47,186 nt of DNA. It comes from a virus. The notes under the pieces were generated by a model. It saw nothing but the letters and a program-made list of their open reading frames with translations, was not told where the DNA came from and ran no database searches. Position 1 is the stretch's first letter, and the number at the start of each line of letters is the position of its first letter. Made by a program: the position numbers and the translations under genes. Location of the stretch: IMG/VR virus record IMGVR_UViG_3300012521_000001, positions 1 to 47,186 of that record. One strand, written 5' to 3'. Below are positions 6,916-15,363 of the stretch, piece by piece.

Positions 6916-8859
6916 ATGGGCGAAAGCAAAGGCAAAATTGATTTCGCAAGCCCAGAGGCGGTGCTGAAAGCATTGCTAGGGCTCTACAGTCGGCAGACCG
7001 CCGAAGAGCGGTCTTGGCAGACGACTGTGCACAGAAACGGCATCGGATTCAATGCGACCGACGCGCAATTCTTATCGTCGGTCGCTCAATGGGTTTTGGA
7101 TGGGAAACCATTCACCCAGAGACAGTTCGACCGGGTCTCGGTGCTGCTCCGAAAGTATGCGCGGCAGATTGAGACTATCCCCAATCTAGATGACATTAGC
7201 ATCCCACCGACCGCACTGACTGGCAAGGACGTGCAGCAGCGTCCCGTGCTACGGGGAGACGGTTTGCTGCGGGTGGTTGATGGCGCAGCCATCCAGTTCA
7301 TTCCCAATGTGTACCCCTCCCGGCAGGTGGCATCGGCTGGCTTCAGCTGGCGCAAAGCGGAGCGCCTGTGGCAGGCGCCATTTTCCCCCGCTGCTGTAGC
7401 AGCAGTCAAACGTTTGTTCCCCGCTGTGGAAATTCATAGCAGTGTGACCGAAGCGCTCAAAGAGGCACTGCACGGGCATGAATTGCCAGAAGAGATTGCT
7501 GAGAACAATACCTTGTTCTCCTACCAGAAGGAGGCCATACGCTTCCTTCTGTCCCATCCACGTGCTATGCTCGCACTGGCACCCGGTCTCGGAAAGACCG
7601 CCTGTGCGACATTTGCAGCGCACCATGTGGGAACTCGTATTCTGGTCGTGTCTCCCCTGACTCTAGTTCAAAACTGGCGCAATGAGGTGCGCAAGTGGAC
7701 GGGGGAGACTGCCGAGATCTGGCACCGTAAAATTGGGGATCGCAATTCCCGTTGGGTGATCACCAATTACGAAACAGTCGTTCGGAAAATGGTCCAGAAG
7801 CGCGATAAGAAATATGTGCGCCTGCCAGGATTCGAGTTCGATACTGTAATCCTGGACGAGACCATTTTGCTGAAAAATCGGAGAGCACAGAGAACACTCG
7901 CCACCAAAGCTTTGGTTGATGGTGCTCCTCGTGTGTGGCTCCTCTCCGGCAGCCCCGCATCCAAATTCTATGACGACATGTGGGCACAGCTCAACATTAT
8001 GCTTCCAAAGCGCTTCAGCAGCTATTGGAAATTCGCTGAGACCTACTGCCTCGTCGAGAATAATGGGTGGGGCATGGCCATCACCGGAAACCGACGAGGG
8101 GCTGACGCGATGCTCCAAGAGGATTTGGTGGACGTCTACTTCAGCCGCACGCAGGACCAGGTTCTGGACCTGCCGGATTGGCTGTTTGAGGACATAGAGG
8201 TGGCGATGGACCCCCGCCAGTACAAGCCGTACAGGCAGATGGAGGAAACCTTTATCGCCAAGCTGGGCGAGATGCCAGATGACAAAGTCGTGGCACTCAA
8301 CGTATTAGCCCAGATGACTCGGTTGCAGCAGCTGGCATCCTCTCCAGCGCTGCTTGGTGGGGAAGCGATTTCCGCCAAGTGGGATGCCGCGACCGAGATG
8401 CTTGAGTGGGTCCAGAAGCCAGTCATTGTCTGGACCAATTTCATCGAGACCGCTGAGCAGTTAGCGGAGCGATGGGGCAAGAATTACAGGGTGGCGGTCC
8501 TGACTGGAAATACACCGGAGCGAGACCGCCAGCCAATCGTGGACAGCTTCCAGGCTGGGGAGATCGATGTACTCGTCGCCCACCCAGCAGTGGGCAAGTT
8601 CGGTCTCACATTAACTCGTGCTCGAACAGTCATCTACCTGGAGCGCAGCTTCAAGGGGGATGATTACTACCAGAGCTTGCACCGTGTGCGCAGGATTGGC
8701 ACCGAGCATCGTCCCTATGTGGTCCATCTTCTGGCCACTGGACCGGAAGGGGAAGCCACAGTGGACCATGTCATCGGCCGCATCCTCAAGTACAGAAAGG
8801 AACAAAGTCTAAAACTGACCACCGGAGTACTGAAAGGAGAATGGGATGCCAAAAATTAA
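6916..8859 (+). CDS. SNF2-family (SF2) DNA helicase / translocase
   Basis: GAGGAG RBS before ATG 6916 (the ORF track starts at TTG 6883). Walker A LAPGLGKT, motif II ILDETILLKN, and a helicase-C region VLVAHPAVGKFGLTLTRARTVIYLE...QSLHRVRRIG. Confidence 0.9.
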   Translation: MGESKGKIDFASPEAVLKALLGLYSRQTAEERSWQTTVHRNGIGFNATDAQFLSSVAQWVLDGKPFTQRQFDRVSVLLRKYARQIETIPNLDDISIPPTALTGKDVQQRPVLRGDGLLRVVDGAAIQFIPNVYPSRQVASAGFSWRKAERLWQAPFSPAAVAAVKRLFPAVEIHSSVTEALKEALHGHELPEEIAENNTLFSYQKEAIRFLLSHPRAMLALAPGLGKTACATFAAHHVGTRILVVSPLTLVQNWRNEVRKWTGETAEIWHRKIGDRNSRWVITNYETVVRKMVQKRDKKYVRLPGFEFDTVILDETILLKNRRAQRTLATKALVDGAPRVWLLSGSPASKFYDDMWAQLNIMLPKRFSSYWKFAETYCLVENNGWGMAITGNRRGADAMLQEDLVDVYFSRTQDQVLDLPDWLFEDIEVAMDPRQYKPYRQMEETFIAKLGEMPDDKVVALNVLAQMTRLQQLASSPALLGGEAISAKWDAATEMLEWVQKPVIVWTNFIETAEQLAERWGKNYRVAVLTGNTPERDRQPIVDSFQAGEIDVLVAHPAVGKFGLTLTRARTVIYLERSFKGDDYYQSLHRVRRIGTEHRPYVVHLLATGPEGEATVDHVIGRILKYRKEQSLKLTTGVLKGEWDAKN

Positions 8860-9229
8860 GATTCCATCAGTGGAGATGGAACGGGTGGATGGTTCTTTCC
8901 GAACCATCTACATCACGCAGCCAGGCTGGAATTTCGGTCCGCTGCGGGATGTGTCGGAACGGGTGACCTTTCTGACGACTGGGCTGGAGTATCTGGAAGA
9001 GCTGCCTGCAGCGCTCAAGCAAGGTCTGGAAGGTTTCGACCCGGATTTGGATGCCATCGTGTGCGTGGGGAAAGTCAACCTGATTTTCCTGGTTGGTTTC
9101 CTGATCGGTCTGGGGACCAAGAGCGTGACCATTGGTTCCTACAATGACGGGGTGTACACGTGGCATCGGGTGACGTTTAATGCCAATGCCAAGAATGGCC
9201 GCAGTGCAAAGGATGGTCGAAATGGCTAA
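8846..9229 (+). CDS. Hypothetical protein
   Basis: Overlaps the SNF2 stop codon. Coding-like composition. No motif recognised. Confidence 0.6.
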   Translation: MPKIKIPSVEMERVDGSFRTIYITQPGWNFGPLRDVSERVTFLTTGLEYLEELPAALKQGLEGFDPDLDAIVCVGKVNLIFLVGFLIGLGTKSVTIGSYNDGVYTWHRVTFNANAKNGRSAKDGRNG

Positions 9230-10064
9230 GAACTACGAGAAATTCAGCCACACTATGCTGAGCACTTGGAGACGGTGTCGGCAAAAATGGTGGTGGGCAT
9301 ATATGGATGGCTACGCTGGGCCAGTCTCTTTGGGGCTCATCCGTGGTGGGGCAGGGCATCTCGCTCTGGAAACCTATTACCGCGACCCCAATCGGGACAT
9401 GAATTTGGCGATCGAAGCAGCGTGGGCAGAGTACCGCGATCGGAGTGCCCAGACGGCGGCAGGCATCAACCAAGAGGATTGGGAGATGCTGGAGCAGTCT
9501 CTGCGCCGCTATGATGAATGGGCCAAGGTTAACGATGATTTCACGGTCGTGGAGACCGAGTGGAAGTTTGAGACGCAAGTTGGGCCATTCAAGCTCGGTG
9601 GGTTCATCGATGGTGTTGTAGAGAGAAATGGTGGAATCTGGCTGCTTGAGCACAAGTTCAACAAGCGAGTGACCACCCAACATCTGGACATTGACCCCCA
9701 AGTCAGCCTGTATATGCTCGCTGCTCAGAAGCGAGGACTGAAGCCCCAGGGTGTGCTCTTCAATATCATCCGAATGGGTGGTGGTCCCACGGCAGAGCGC
9801 GAGCCAGTGGTGCGGGTGTTCCTGTACCGCAATATGGAAGGACTGGCTGCTTTCGAGAATGAGCTGATTCTCCAGATGGACGAAATTCACGCAGCCTCGT
9901 CGGTTGACCTGCCGGAAGACAGCCCAGTGTCGATTTATCGCAACATGACCCACGATTGCGCCTGGGATTGCCCATTCTTTGGAGCTTGCCTGAGCCTCAA
10001 CGACAGTGGGGAAGCAGAGTCTGTGCTTCAGACATTCGACCGTAAGAATTATGAAGGAGATTGA
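9222..10064 (+). CDS. PD-(D/E)XK nuclease of the Cas4/RecB-like type with a C-terminal Cys cluster
   Basis: N-terminal LSTWRRCRQKW. Core motif DGVVERNGGIWLLEHKFNK (D...ExK). C-terminal CAWDCPFFGAC (three Cys plus the N-terminal Cys, as in Cas4/AddB Fe-S nucleases). The start is uncertain: in-frame ATGs at 9180, 9186, 9195, 9213 and 9222. Confidence 0.8.
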   Translation: MAKNYEKFSHTMLSTWRRCRQKWWWAYMDGYAGPVSLGLIRGGAGHLALETYYRDPNRDMNLAIEAAWAEYRDRSAQTAAGINQEDWEMLEQSLRRYDEWAKVNDDFTVVETEWKFETQVGPFKLGGFIDGVVERNGGIWLLEHKFNKRVTTQHLDIDPQVSLYMLAAQKRGLKPQGVLFNIIRMGGGPTAEREPVVRVFLYRNMEGLAAFENELILQMDEIHAASSVDLPEDSPVSIYRNMTHDCAWDCPFFGACLSLNDSGEAESVLQTFDRKNYEGD

Positions 10065-10065
10065 C

Positions 10066-10770
10066 ATGAACGCAGGACCAACATCCGCAAATGTGATCAT
10101 CGAGCAGTCGACCGGATTCGACCCCCATAGAATTCGAATGCTACTGTATGGGGAGAGTGGTGCAGGCAAAACGGTTCATGCCAGCACTTGGCCCAATCCT
10201 ATCTTCCTCGACATCGATGACGGCATGGGTTCTATCAACCATCCGGTGGACCGGATTTGGATTCAGGATTGGGAGACGCTCCTGGATGCCTATTACTATC
10301 TGCGCGACCAGGACCACAAATACCAAACGATTGTCATCGACACAGTGAATGAGATGCAGAAGGTGTCGATGGATTACATCCTGGCCAACTACCCAGCGCG
10401 CCGTGCCTATGACAGCCAGCCCAGTGTGGCGGACTATGGCAAAATGATTGATGATGTGGTGAACTTAGTGCGTGCGTTCAAATCCTTGCCATTCAATCTC
10501 GTGCTCCTCACCCAGGTCAAGGATCGGGAATTTGACACGGACATGGTTCAGCCCCATCTGATTGGCAAGAACACCGCACGGGACATCTGCCGCATGATGG
10601 ATGTCATTGGGTACATCTACAAAACGGATGCCGAAGATCGCACCCGTGTCATCGCGTTTGACGCAGTGGACTTCGTCACGAAGGACCGAAGTGGGCGACT
10701 GCCTGCAATGGTTGAGATGCCGGACATCAACAGTGGGTATGACCGGCTGTGGGCATACTGGGCACCGTAA
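10066..10770 (+). CDS. AAA_24 / Sak4-like RecA-fold ATPase (recombination)
   Basis: GAAGGAGA RBS. Walker A LLYGESGAGKT, FLDIDDG, Walker B-like QTIVIDTVNE. It is followed by a DUF669-like gene, which is the usual pairing. Confidence 0.85.
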   Translation: MNAGPTSANVIIEQSTGFDPHRIRMLLYGESGAGKTVHASTWPNPIFLDIDDGMGSINHPVDRIWIQDWETLLDAYYYLRDQDHKYQTIVIDTVNEMQKVSMDYILANYPARRAYDSQPSVADYGKMIDDVVNLVRAFKSLPFNLVLLTQVKDREFDTDMVQPHLIGKNTARDICRMMDVIGYIYKTDAEDRTRVIAFDAVDFVTKDRSGRLPAMVEMPDINSGYDRLWAYWAP

Positions 10771-10785
10771 CATCTTGGGTTCTGT

Positions 10786-10804
10786 CGGTCTCATAGGGAG
10801 ACCG
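10786..10804 (+). terminator. Weak hairpin after the ATPase gene
   Basis: cggtctc-atagg-gagaccg followed by tataaa. There is no clear U-tract. Confidence 0.3.
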
Positions 10805-10836
10805 TATAAACTGGCAATAGCCAAGGAGAAATAGAA

Positions 10837-11337
10837 ATGGCCGAGAACCAGCAAGGAACACCCGTTGATCTGACCCGTACAGCGGGGGAAGTGTCGGAAG
10901 GCGTGCACACGGTGCGCATCATCGACTGGGAAGAGCGCGAGGGCAATGCTGGTCCCTATTGGAATTACACGCTTGAAGTCCAGGAAGACAGTGTAGACAA
11001 TGGCAAGCGTCTGTGGCACATTGTCTCCCTCTCCCCAGCTGCTCGCTGGCGTCTGGAGGAGTTCCTGGATGCGGTGGGCGCTCCCCGAAGTGGCCAAGCG
11101 TTTGGACCGGACTTTGTCGGCAGCTTCATGCGCGTCCACGTCAAGCATGAGGAGTTCGATGGCAAGATGCGAGCGCGGATTGTTGGTGTCCTTCCTCCGA
11201 GCGGTGCGAAGGGCAGCAAGACTCCGGCAATCACTCCCCGCAAGCGTGTTGTTCCTGCGCCTGCACCTGCGCCCAGCAAGAAGCTCCCTGAGGACGTAAT
11301 CGGGGATGAGGACGAAGACGAGGATGCTGAACTCTAG
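10837..11337 (+). CDS. DUF669-like ssDNA-binding protein with an acidic C-terminal tail
   Basis: AAGGAGAA RBS. G.H.V.I......EG..GPYW.....V pattern typical of DUF669. C-terminus DVIGDEDEDEDAEL. Confidence 0.7.
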   Translation: MAENQQGTPVDLTRTAGEVSEGVHTVRIIDWEEREGNAGPYWNYTLEVQEDSVDNGKRLWHIVSLSPAARWRLEEFLDAVGAPRSGQAFGPDFVGSFMRVHVKHEEFDGKMRARIVGVLPPSGAKGSKTPAITPRKRVVPAPAPAPSKKLPEDVIGDEDEDEDAEL

Positions 11338-11389
11338 CAACTACTGGCTGCATTGCTGGCTGCAGTGCTAGGGTAGGGGAGGGAGTGTG

Positions 11390-11788
11390 ATGGAGTGGAC
11401 ACTGGACAAAACTTGGTTAGCGGTCGACCCTGGACACAGCACCGGAATGGCGTTTGCATCAGAAGGCCAGATCCAGTGGACAGGGACGTTCCAGCCGGAT
11501 GCGGTGGTGCCAACAATCGAGATGATCGATCCCGATATTCTGGTTGTGGAGACCGTGCCACAGAACAATCCAGATCCACTCACCGCATCCCTTCTCCAGA
11601 CTATCAAGGACCACTGGGGAGATCTGCCAGGTCTCTGGTTGGTCTCCCCAGGCCACTGGAAGCCGTTCGCCCGCAGACAGAATTGGCAGGTGCCTTCCGG
11701 CAAGGACAGACACCAGAAGGATGCCGCCATGATGTTGCGATGGGCCATTCTCCAGAAAACCATGGTTGACATCGAGAAGGACATCTAG
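11390..11788 (+). CDS. ruvC: RuvC-like Holliday junction resolvase
   Basis: WLAVDPGHSTGMAF (catalytic Asp), ILVVETVP (Glu) and RHQKDAAMM (H..D), in a ~130-aa protein. Confidence 0.75.
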   Translation: MEWTLDKTWLAVDPGHSTGMAFASEGQIQWTGTFQPDAVVPTIEMIDPDILVVETVPQNNPDPLTASLLQTIKDHWGDLPGLWLVSPGHWKPFARRQNWQVPSGKDRHQKDAAMMLRWAILQKTMVDIEKDI

Positions 11789-11811
11789 AGGGACATCGAG
11801 AGGGATGCAAA

Positions 11812-12660
11812 ATGAAAGAGATTGCCATCCTTGGCTCCGGTCCAAGCGCAGCGTTTGCGTATCAGGCTTGCCTCAAGGAAGGCTACAGACCGCATGAGAT
11901 TTTTGTCGCGACCGCCAAGCTGACGGAGCCACCCGCTGGAGCATTTTGGTTCCACTGGGTTCCCAACCACATTCGTGCTGTCAAAGTGCCAATTGTCCTG
12001 AAGGGTGTTGGCACAGAGGAAGGATATCTGAGCAAGCAATGGCGCAGACATCTCAGCGGTGTGCCCAGCTCATTCCCCGAGACTGAACAGCGAATGTCTG
12101 GCTATCCAGTCAGCCGTTACGTGTGGCGGCAGATGTGGGAAGGAGCAGACATCCTACCAGGATTTCCCTTCACCGATCAGGCCGTGCGAGATCTTGCGCA
12201 AGATTTCGAGAAGGTTATCCAGACCTTCCCCAGCAAAGCAGCCATCCAAGCCTACCGAGACTACACGGTGCTGTATCCGACTGTTGTCTATGAGGTGGCG
12301 CATGAATGGCCAGAGTGGGAGAAGTTCTTGCACTCGTTTTCCGCTGAGATCCTGTACAGCCCACAGGGTGTGTATTGCCTCTACAATGGTCTAGCCCACG
12401 ATGATTGGGTAAGAGCAACATACAGTCTGGGCAAGGTGATGGTGGAGTATCCTTGGTACACTCCTCTGGACACACTACCCACCGAAGGAACGGTGCTCAA
12501 CCGAGACATCGTGCCCTGGGCAGGGGATCTGGACCCAATGCCACCCGCTGAGAATGTTCTGATGGTTGGGAGATATGCGACATGGCAAAGAAAACAACTA
12601 AGTCACGAGACCTTTGGCATCGTCTCTGGCTGGCTCAACGCAGCTACAACGACCGAATAA
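11812..12660 (+). CDS. Rossmann-fold FAD/NAD(P)-binding protein of unknown specificity
   Basis: N-terminal IAILGSGPSAAFAYQA (GxGxxA). C-terminal VLMVGRYATWQRKQLSHE resembles the C-terminal FAD motif of UDP-galactopyranose mutase / amine-oxidase-type flavoenzymes. At 282 aa it is shorter than those enzymes. Confidence 0.6.
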   Translation: MKEIAILGSGPSAAFAYQACLKEGYRPHEIFVATAKLTEPPAGAFWFHWVPNHIRAVKVPIVLKGVGTEEGYLSKQWRRHLSGVPSSFPETEQRMSGYPVSRYVWRQMWEGADILPGFPFTDQAVRDLAQDFEKVIQTFPSKAAIQAYRDYTVLYPTVVYEVAHEWPEWEKFLHSFSAEILYSPQGVYCLYNGLAHDDWVRATYSLGKVMVEYPWYTPLDTLPTEGTVLNRDIVPWAGDLDPMPPAENVLMVGRYATWQRKQLSHETFGIVSGWLNAATTTE

Positions 12661-13538
12661 GACGCGAGCAGATCGACACAGAGGACCAACGTACATACTG
12701 GTCCAAGCAGTATCTGCTGGGGCTGGTGTCTGAGGTCGATGAAGTGCTCAACTCTATGTCCTGGAAGCGCCATCGGAGACAGGACCCCAAACTGGCGCAA
12801 CAGAACATCGGTCTGGAGATTGCAGATCTGCTCAAGTATGTCATCTCGCTGGCAGAGATCTGGGATATCTCTCCGGATAGGCTGGTGGAATTGGCACTGG
12901 ACAAGAGCGATACGCTGCAGCGGATGCTTGACATGGAGCAAACCCCACTGCCTGTCGCGGATGCTCGGTATCTCATCTGCGATCTGGATGGGACAATTGC
13001 CGACTGGCGCCAGTCCTTCATCCGCTGGGCGACCGACCGTGGTGTGTATTTCCGCAGGCCAGACCCGGAGGAGACTTTGATGCTGGATGTGGATTGCGGT
13101 CTCCCCTATGACCAGTACAATGAGCTGAAGCAGCTATTTGAGCTGGAGGGTGGCTATGCCAATCTCATCCCTTACAAGGATGGGGTCGAGACCGTTAAGG
13201 CCATCCAGCGGGATGGTGCTTACCTGGTGGTGTACACCGCACGACCAGGACAGCGACTGAAGCAGATCTGGCATGAGACCTACTGCTGGCTGGAGAAGCA
13301 TGGCATCCGTCCCGATTATCTGACCATCGGGGCGGAGGCACGGCTGATTCATACGCTGTCTCTGTGGAAGCGGAATGACGTGGTGATGTTTGAGGACAAT
13401 CCCGAGCTAATGCTCAGAGCAGCAAACTCTGGCATCCCCGTCTTTGCGCGGCTGAAGCCATACAATGCCCATGCCGTCCACCCGAATATCCGATTCGTGG
13501 AAACCTATAGCCCAGACCTGGACTATTTCAGCTACTGA
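12582..13538 (+). CDS. Fusion protein: dimeric dUTPase/dCTPase-like all-alpha NTP pyrophosphatase domain plus HAD-type 5'(3')-deoxyribonucleotidase domain
   Basis: N-terminal half: SEVDEVLNSMSWKRHR and LEIADLLKYVISLAEIW (all-alpha NTP-PPase-like). C-terminal half: YLICDLDGTIADW (HAD motif I DxDGT), VVYTARP and MFEDNP. There is a 79-nt overlap with the preceding ORF. Confidence 0.7.
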   Translation: MAKKTTKSRDLWHRLWLAQRSYNDRIRREQIDTEDQRTYWSKQYLLGLVSEVDEVLNSMSWKRHRRQDPKLAQQNIGLEIADLLKYVISLAEIWDISPDRLVELALDKSDTLQRMLDMEQTPLPVADARYLICDLDGTIADWRQSFIRWATDRGVYFRRPDPEETLMLDVDCGLPYDQYNELKQLFELEGGYANLIPYKDGVETVKAIQRDGAYLVVYTARPGQRLKQIWHETYCWLEKHGIRPDYLTIGAEARLIHTLSLWKRNDVVMFEDNPELMLRAANSGIPVFARLKPYNAHAVHPNIRFVETYSPDLDYFSY

Positions 13539-13551
13539 GAGGAGGCCAAAA

Positions 13552-13800
13552 ATGGGAACACTGGCAGTCAAGCCATCGGATATAACCAAAGAGGCTGTGC
13601 GCCAAAAACTCATCCAACGAGCAACACGCGATATGCTCATCCGCACCTGGCAAATCTACGACACACTCCACCCAATCCTGTTCTACGCCAAGCTGTATGG
13701 TATGGAGCAGCAGGTGGAGGATTGGATCAAAGAGGTGGCCAGTCCTATGGATTATCCGATCAATCGCAACACGTTTTGGCGCGTCAAAGTGGAGGGGTAG
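13552..13800 (+). CDS. Hypothetical protein (82 aa)
   Basis: GAGGAGG RBS before ATG 13552. The longer 13465 version overlaps the preceding gene. Confidence 0.6.
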   Translation: MGTLAVKPSDITKEAVRQKLIQRATRDMLIRTWQIYDTLHPILFYAKLYGMEQQVEDWIKEVASPMDYPINRNTFWRVKVEG

Positions 13801-13803
13801 GGG

Positions 13804-14157
13804 ATGCAGGCAAAACAACTCCCATTGTTTGGGCCAGAGGATTGGCCAACAGAGACCGACGAGACAATCCACGAGAAACGAGTGCGTGTGTTCCGGCAGC
13901 TCTGCCGTGAGAACCAGGCGGTGTTCGAGGAAAAGAACAGGCAGTACGGGGACGCAATCCGGCTGACTGGTGTGCTGGGAGCAGCAATTGAGCTCATTGG
14001 TTGCGTCAACCGACTGCAGCAACTCGTTGTCAAAGCTCCGGGGCATGGGAGAGGCAATGAAGAGGCCATATTCAATGTTCTCACCGATGCCCACAACTAC
14101 GCAAACATCGCAGCGATGATGCTAGAAGACCAAAATTGGGAAGGAGAGAATGAGTAA
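13804..14157 (+). CDS. DUF1599-like protein (nucleotide modification associated domain 1)
   Basis: KNRQYGDAIRLTGVLGAAIELIGCVNRLQQLV matches my recollection of the DUF1599 core (K..DYG....G..G......K..R). It is adjacent to thyX, as is common for this family. Confidence 0.65.
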   Translation: MQAKQLPLFGPEDWPTETDETIHEKRVRVFRQLCRENQAVFEEKNRQYGDAIRLTGVLGAAIELIGCVNRLQQLVVKAPGHGRGNEEAIFNVLTDAHNYANIAAMMLEDQNWEGENE

Positions 14158-14935
14158 GATGAGTAAACCGCAGCTGGTCTATGAGATCGAACGGCACAGC
14201 ATCAAAGCAGGGAAGTATAAGGTGCAAGTCTGGACACCGACTGTGGCGCAGGTGGAGCTAATCAGCCTCACTAACTCGCCAGCCGACACGATGGCAATCG
14301 TCACTCGTGGCTACACCGGAGTGTACTCCCCTGACTTGCCAGACAAGGATGAGCGCGACCGTCTGCTTGCCGACATTGTCAAGACCAAACTCGCAACTCC
14401 CACCGAGATGATTCACTTCACTTGGCTCATCCGGGGAGTGACCCGCGCCTGGACACACCAGGCGGTGCGGTATCGGGTGGGCACGGCATATGTCCAGGAA
14501 AGCATGCGCTTCCTGGGACACAAGGGAGTGTACCGCGTGCTGATGACTGACAAGCTGGCCAAGCACCCGCAGAGTGAGGAGGCGCAGCACTACAGCCGAA
14601 CAGTCTGCGACAGTGTGGTTGCTTATGTGGACCTGATTGACAATGGTGTGCCTGACCAGGATGCCAGGGGAGTGCTACCGACAAACATTCTCACCAGTCT
14701 GTTCTGGGATATGTCGCTGAGCACTCTCATGCATGTCTACAACACCCGCGTTTGCTGCCAAGCGCAGACTGGGGAGTGGGTGCCCATCCTGCTGCAGATG
14801 AAGGATTGGCTGCGGCAGTGCTGCCCTGAAGTTGCGGAGATGCTGACTGCTCCCATCGACCGAGGGGAGCCTTGCGGATTCAATGCCTCATTCGACCGCC
14901 CGTGCGTGTGGAAGGTGCGCGATGGAGTCAAATGA
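14150..14935 (+). CDS. thyX: ThyX-like flavin-dependent thymidylate synthase (divergent: RYR instead of RHR)
   Basis: VTRAWTHQAVRYRVGTAYVQESMRF compares with the ThyX signature R.FTHE.VRHR..S..Q.S.RY. There is also a downstream NTRVCCQAQTGEW segment (R....AQ.E). Confidence 0.8.
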   Translation: MSKMSKPQLVYEIERHSIKAGKYKVQVWTPTVAQVELISLTNSPADTMAIVTRGYTGVYSPDLPDKDERDRLLADIVKTKLATPTEMIHFTWLIRGVTRAWTHQAVRYRVGTAYVQESMRFLGHKGVYRVLMTDKLAKHPQSEEAQHYSRTVCDSVVAYVDLIDNGVPDQDARGVLPTNILTSLFWDMSLSTLMHVYNTRVCCQAQTGEWVPILLQMKDWLRQCCPEVAEMLTAPIDRGEPCGFNASFDRPCVWKVRDGVK

Positions 14936-15308
14936 GATTATCCATATCCAGCTCCACTACCATCCCAGTGGCAAAATTGGGGCAGTGGAACCAGACACCG
15001 GAGCTGTCCATGTAGATGAGCATGGCGACATCCGCCTGTTCGCAACAGTCGGCAGTGCCCTGCGACACTTCCGAGCAAACGCTGCGAAGTTCAAGAGTGT
15101 GGGGTATGAGGTGATTACTCCCAGTGGGGCAGTTCACCACTATGGCAGAATGTTCAACCGCCACCAATGGCACCAAGTCTCCGACATGGAGCTGCTGGAC
15201 AACAGTGGGAGAACATTCCTGTTCTATCGGTGCAACAAGTGCAGAAGCGTCTGGCGCCAGTTTGCTGAGGCAGATGTTCCCCCGACGTTTGGCTGCGCTG
15301 GAGAATAG
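14922..15308 (+). CDS. Hypothetical protein (128 aa)
   Basis: ATG 14922 overlaps the thyX stop codon. GGAAGG RBS. Contains CNKC. No family recognised. Confidence 0.55.
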   Translation: MESNEIIHIQLHYHPSGKIGAVEPDTGAVHVDEHGDIRLFATVGSALRHFRANAAKFKSVGYEVITPSGAVHHYGRMFNRHQWHQVSDMELLDNSGRTFLFYRCNKCRSVWRQFAEADVPPTFGCAGE

Positions 15309-15363
15309 TGAATCTGGGTGGGCTGGCAGAGGCTGGCCCACCCCCACCAGATTGGAGGACACC

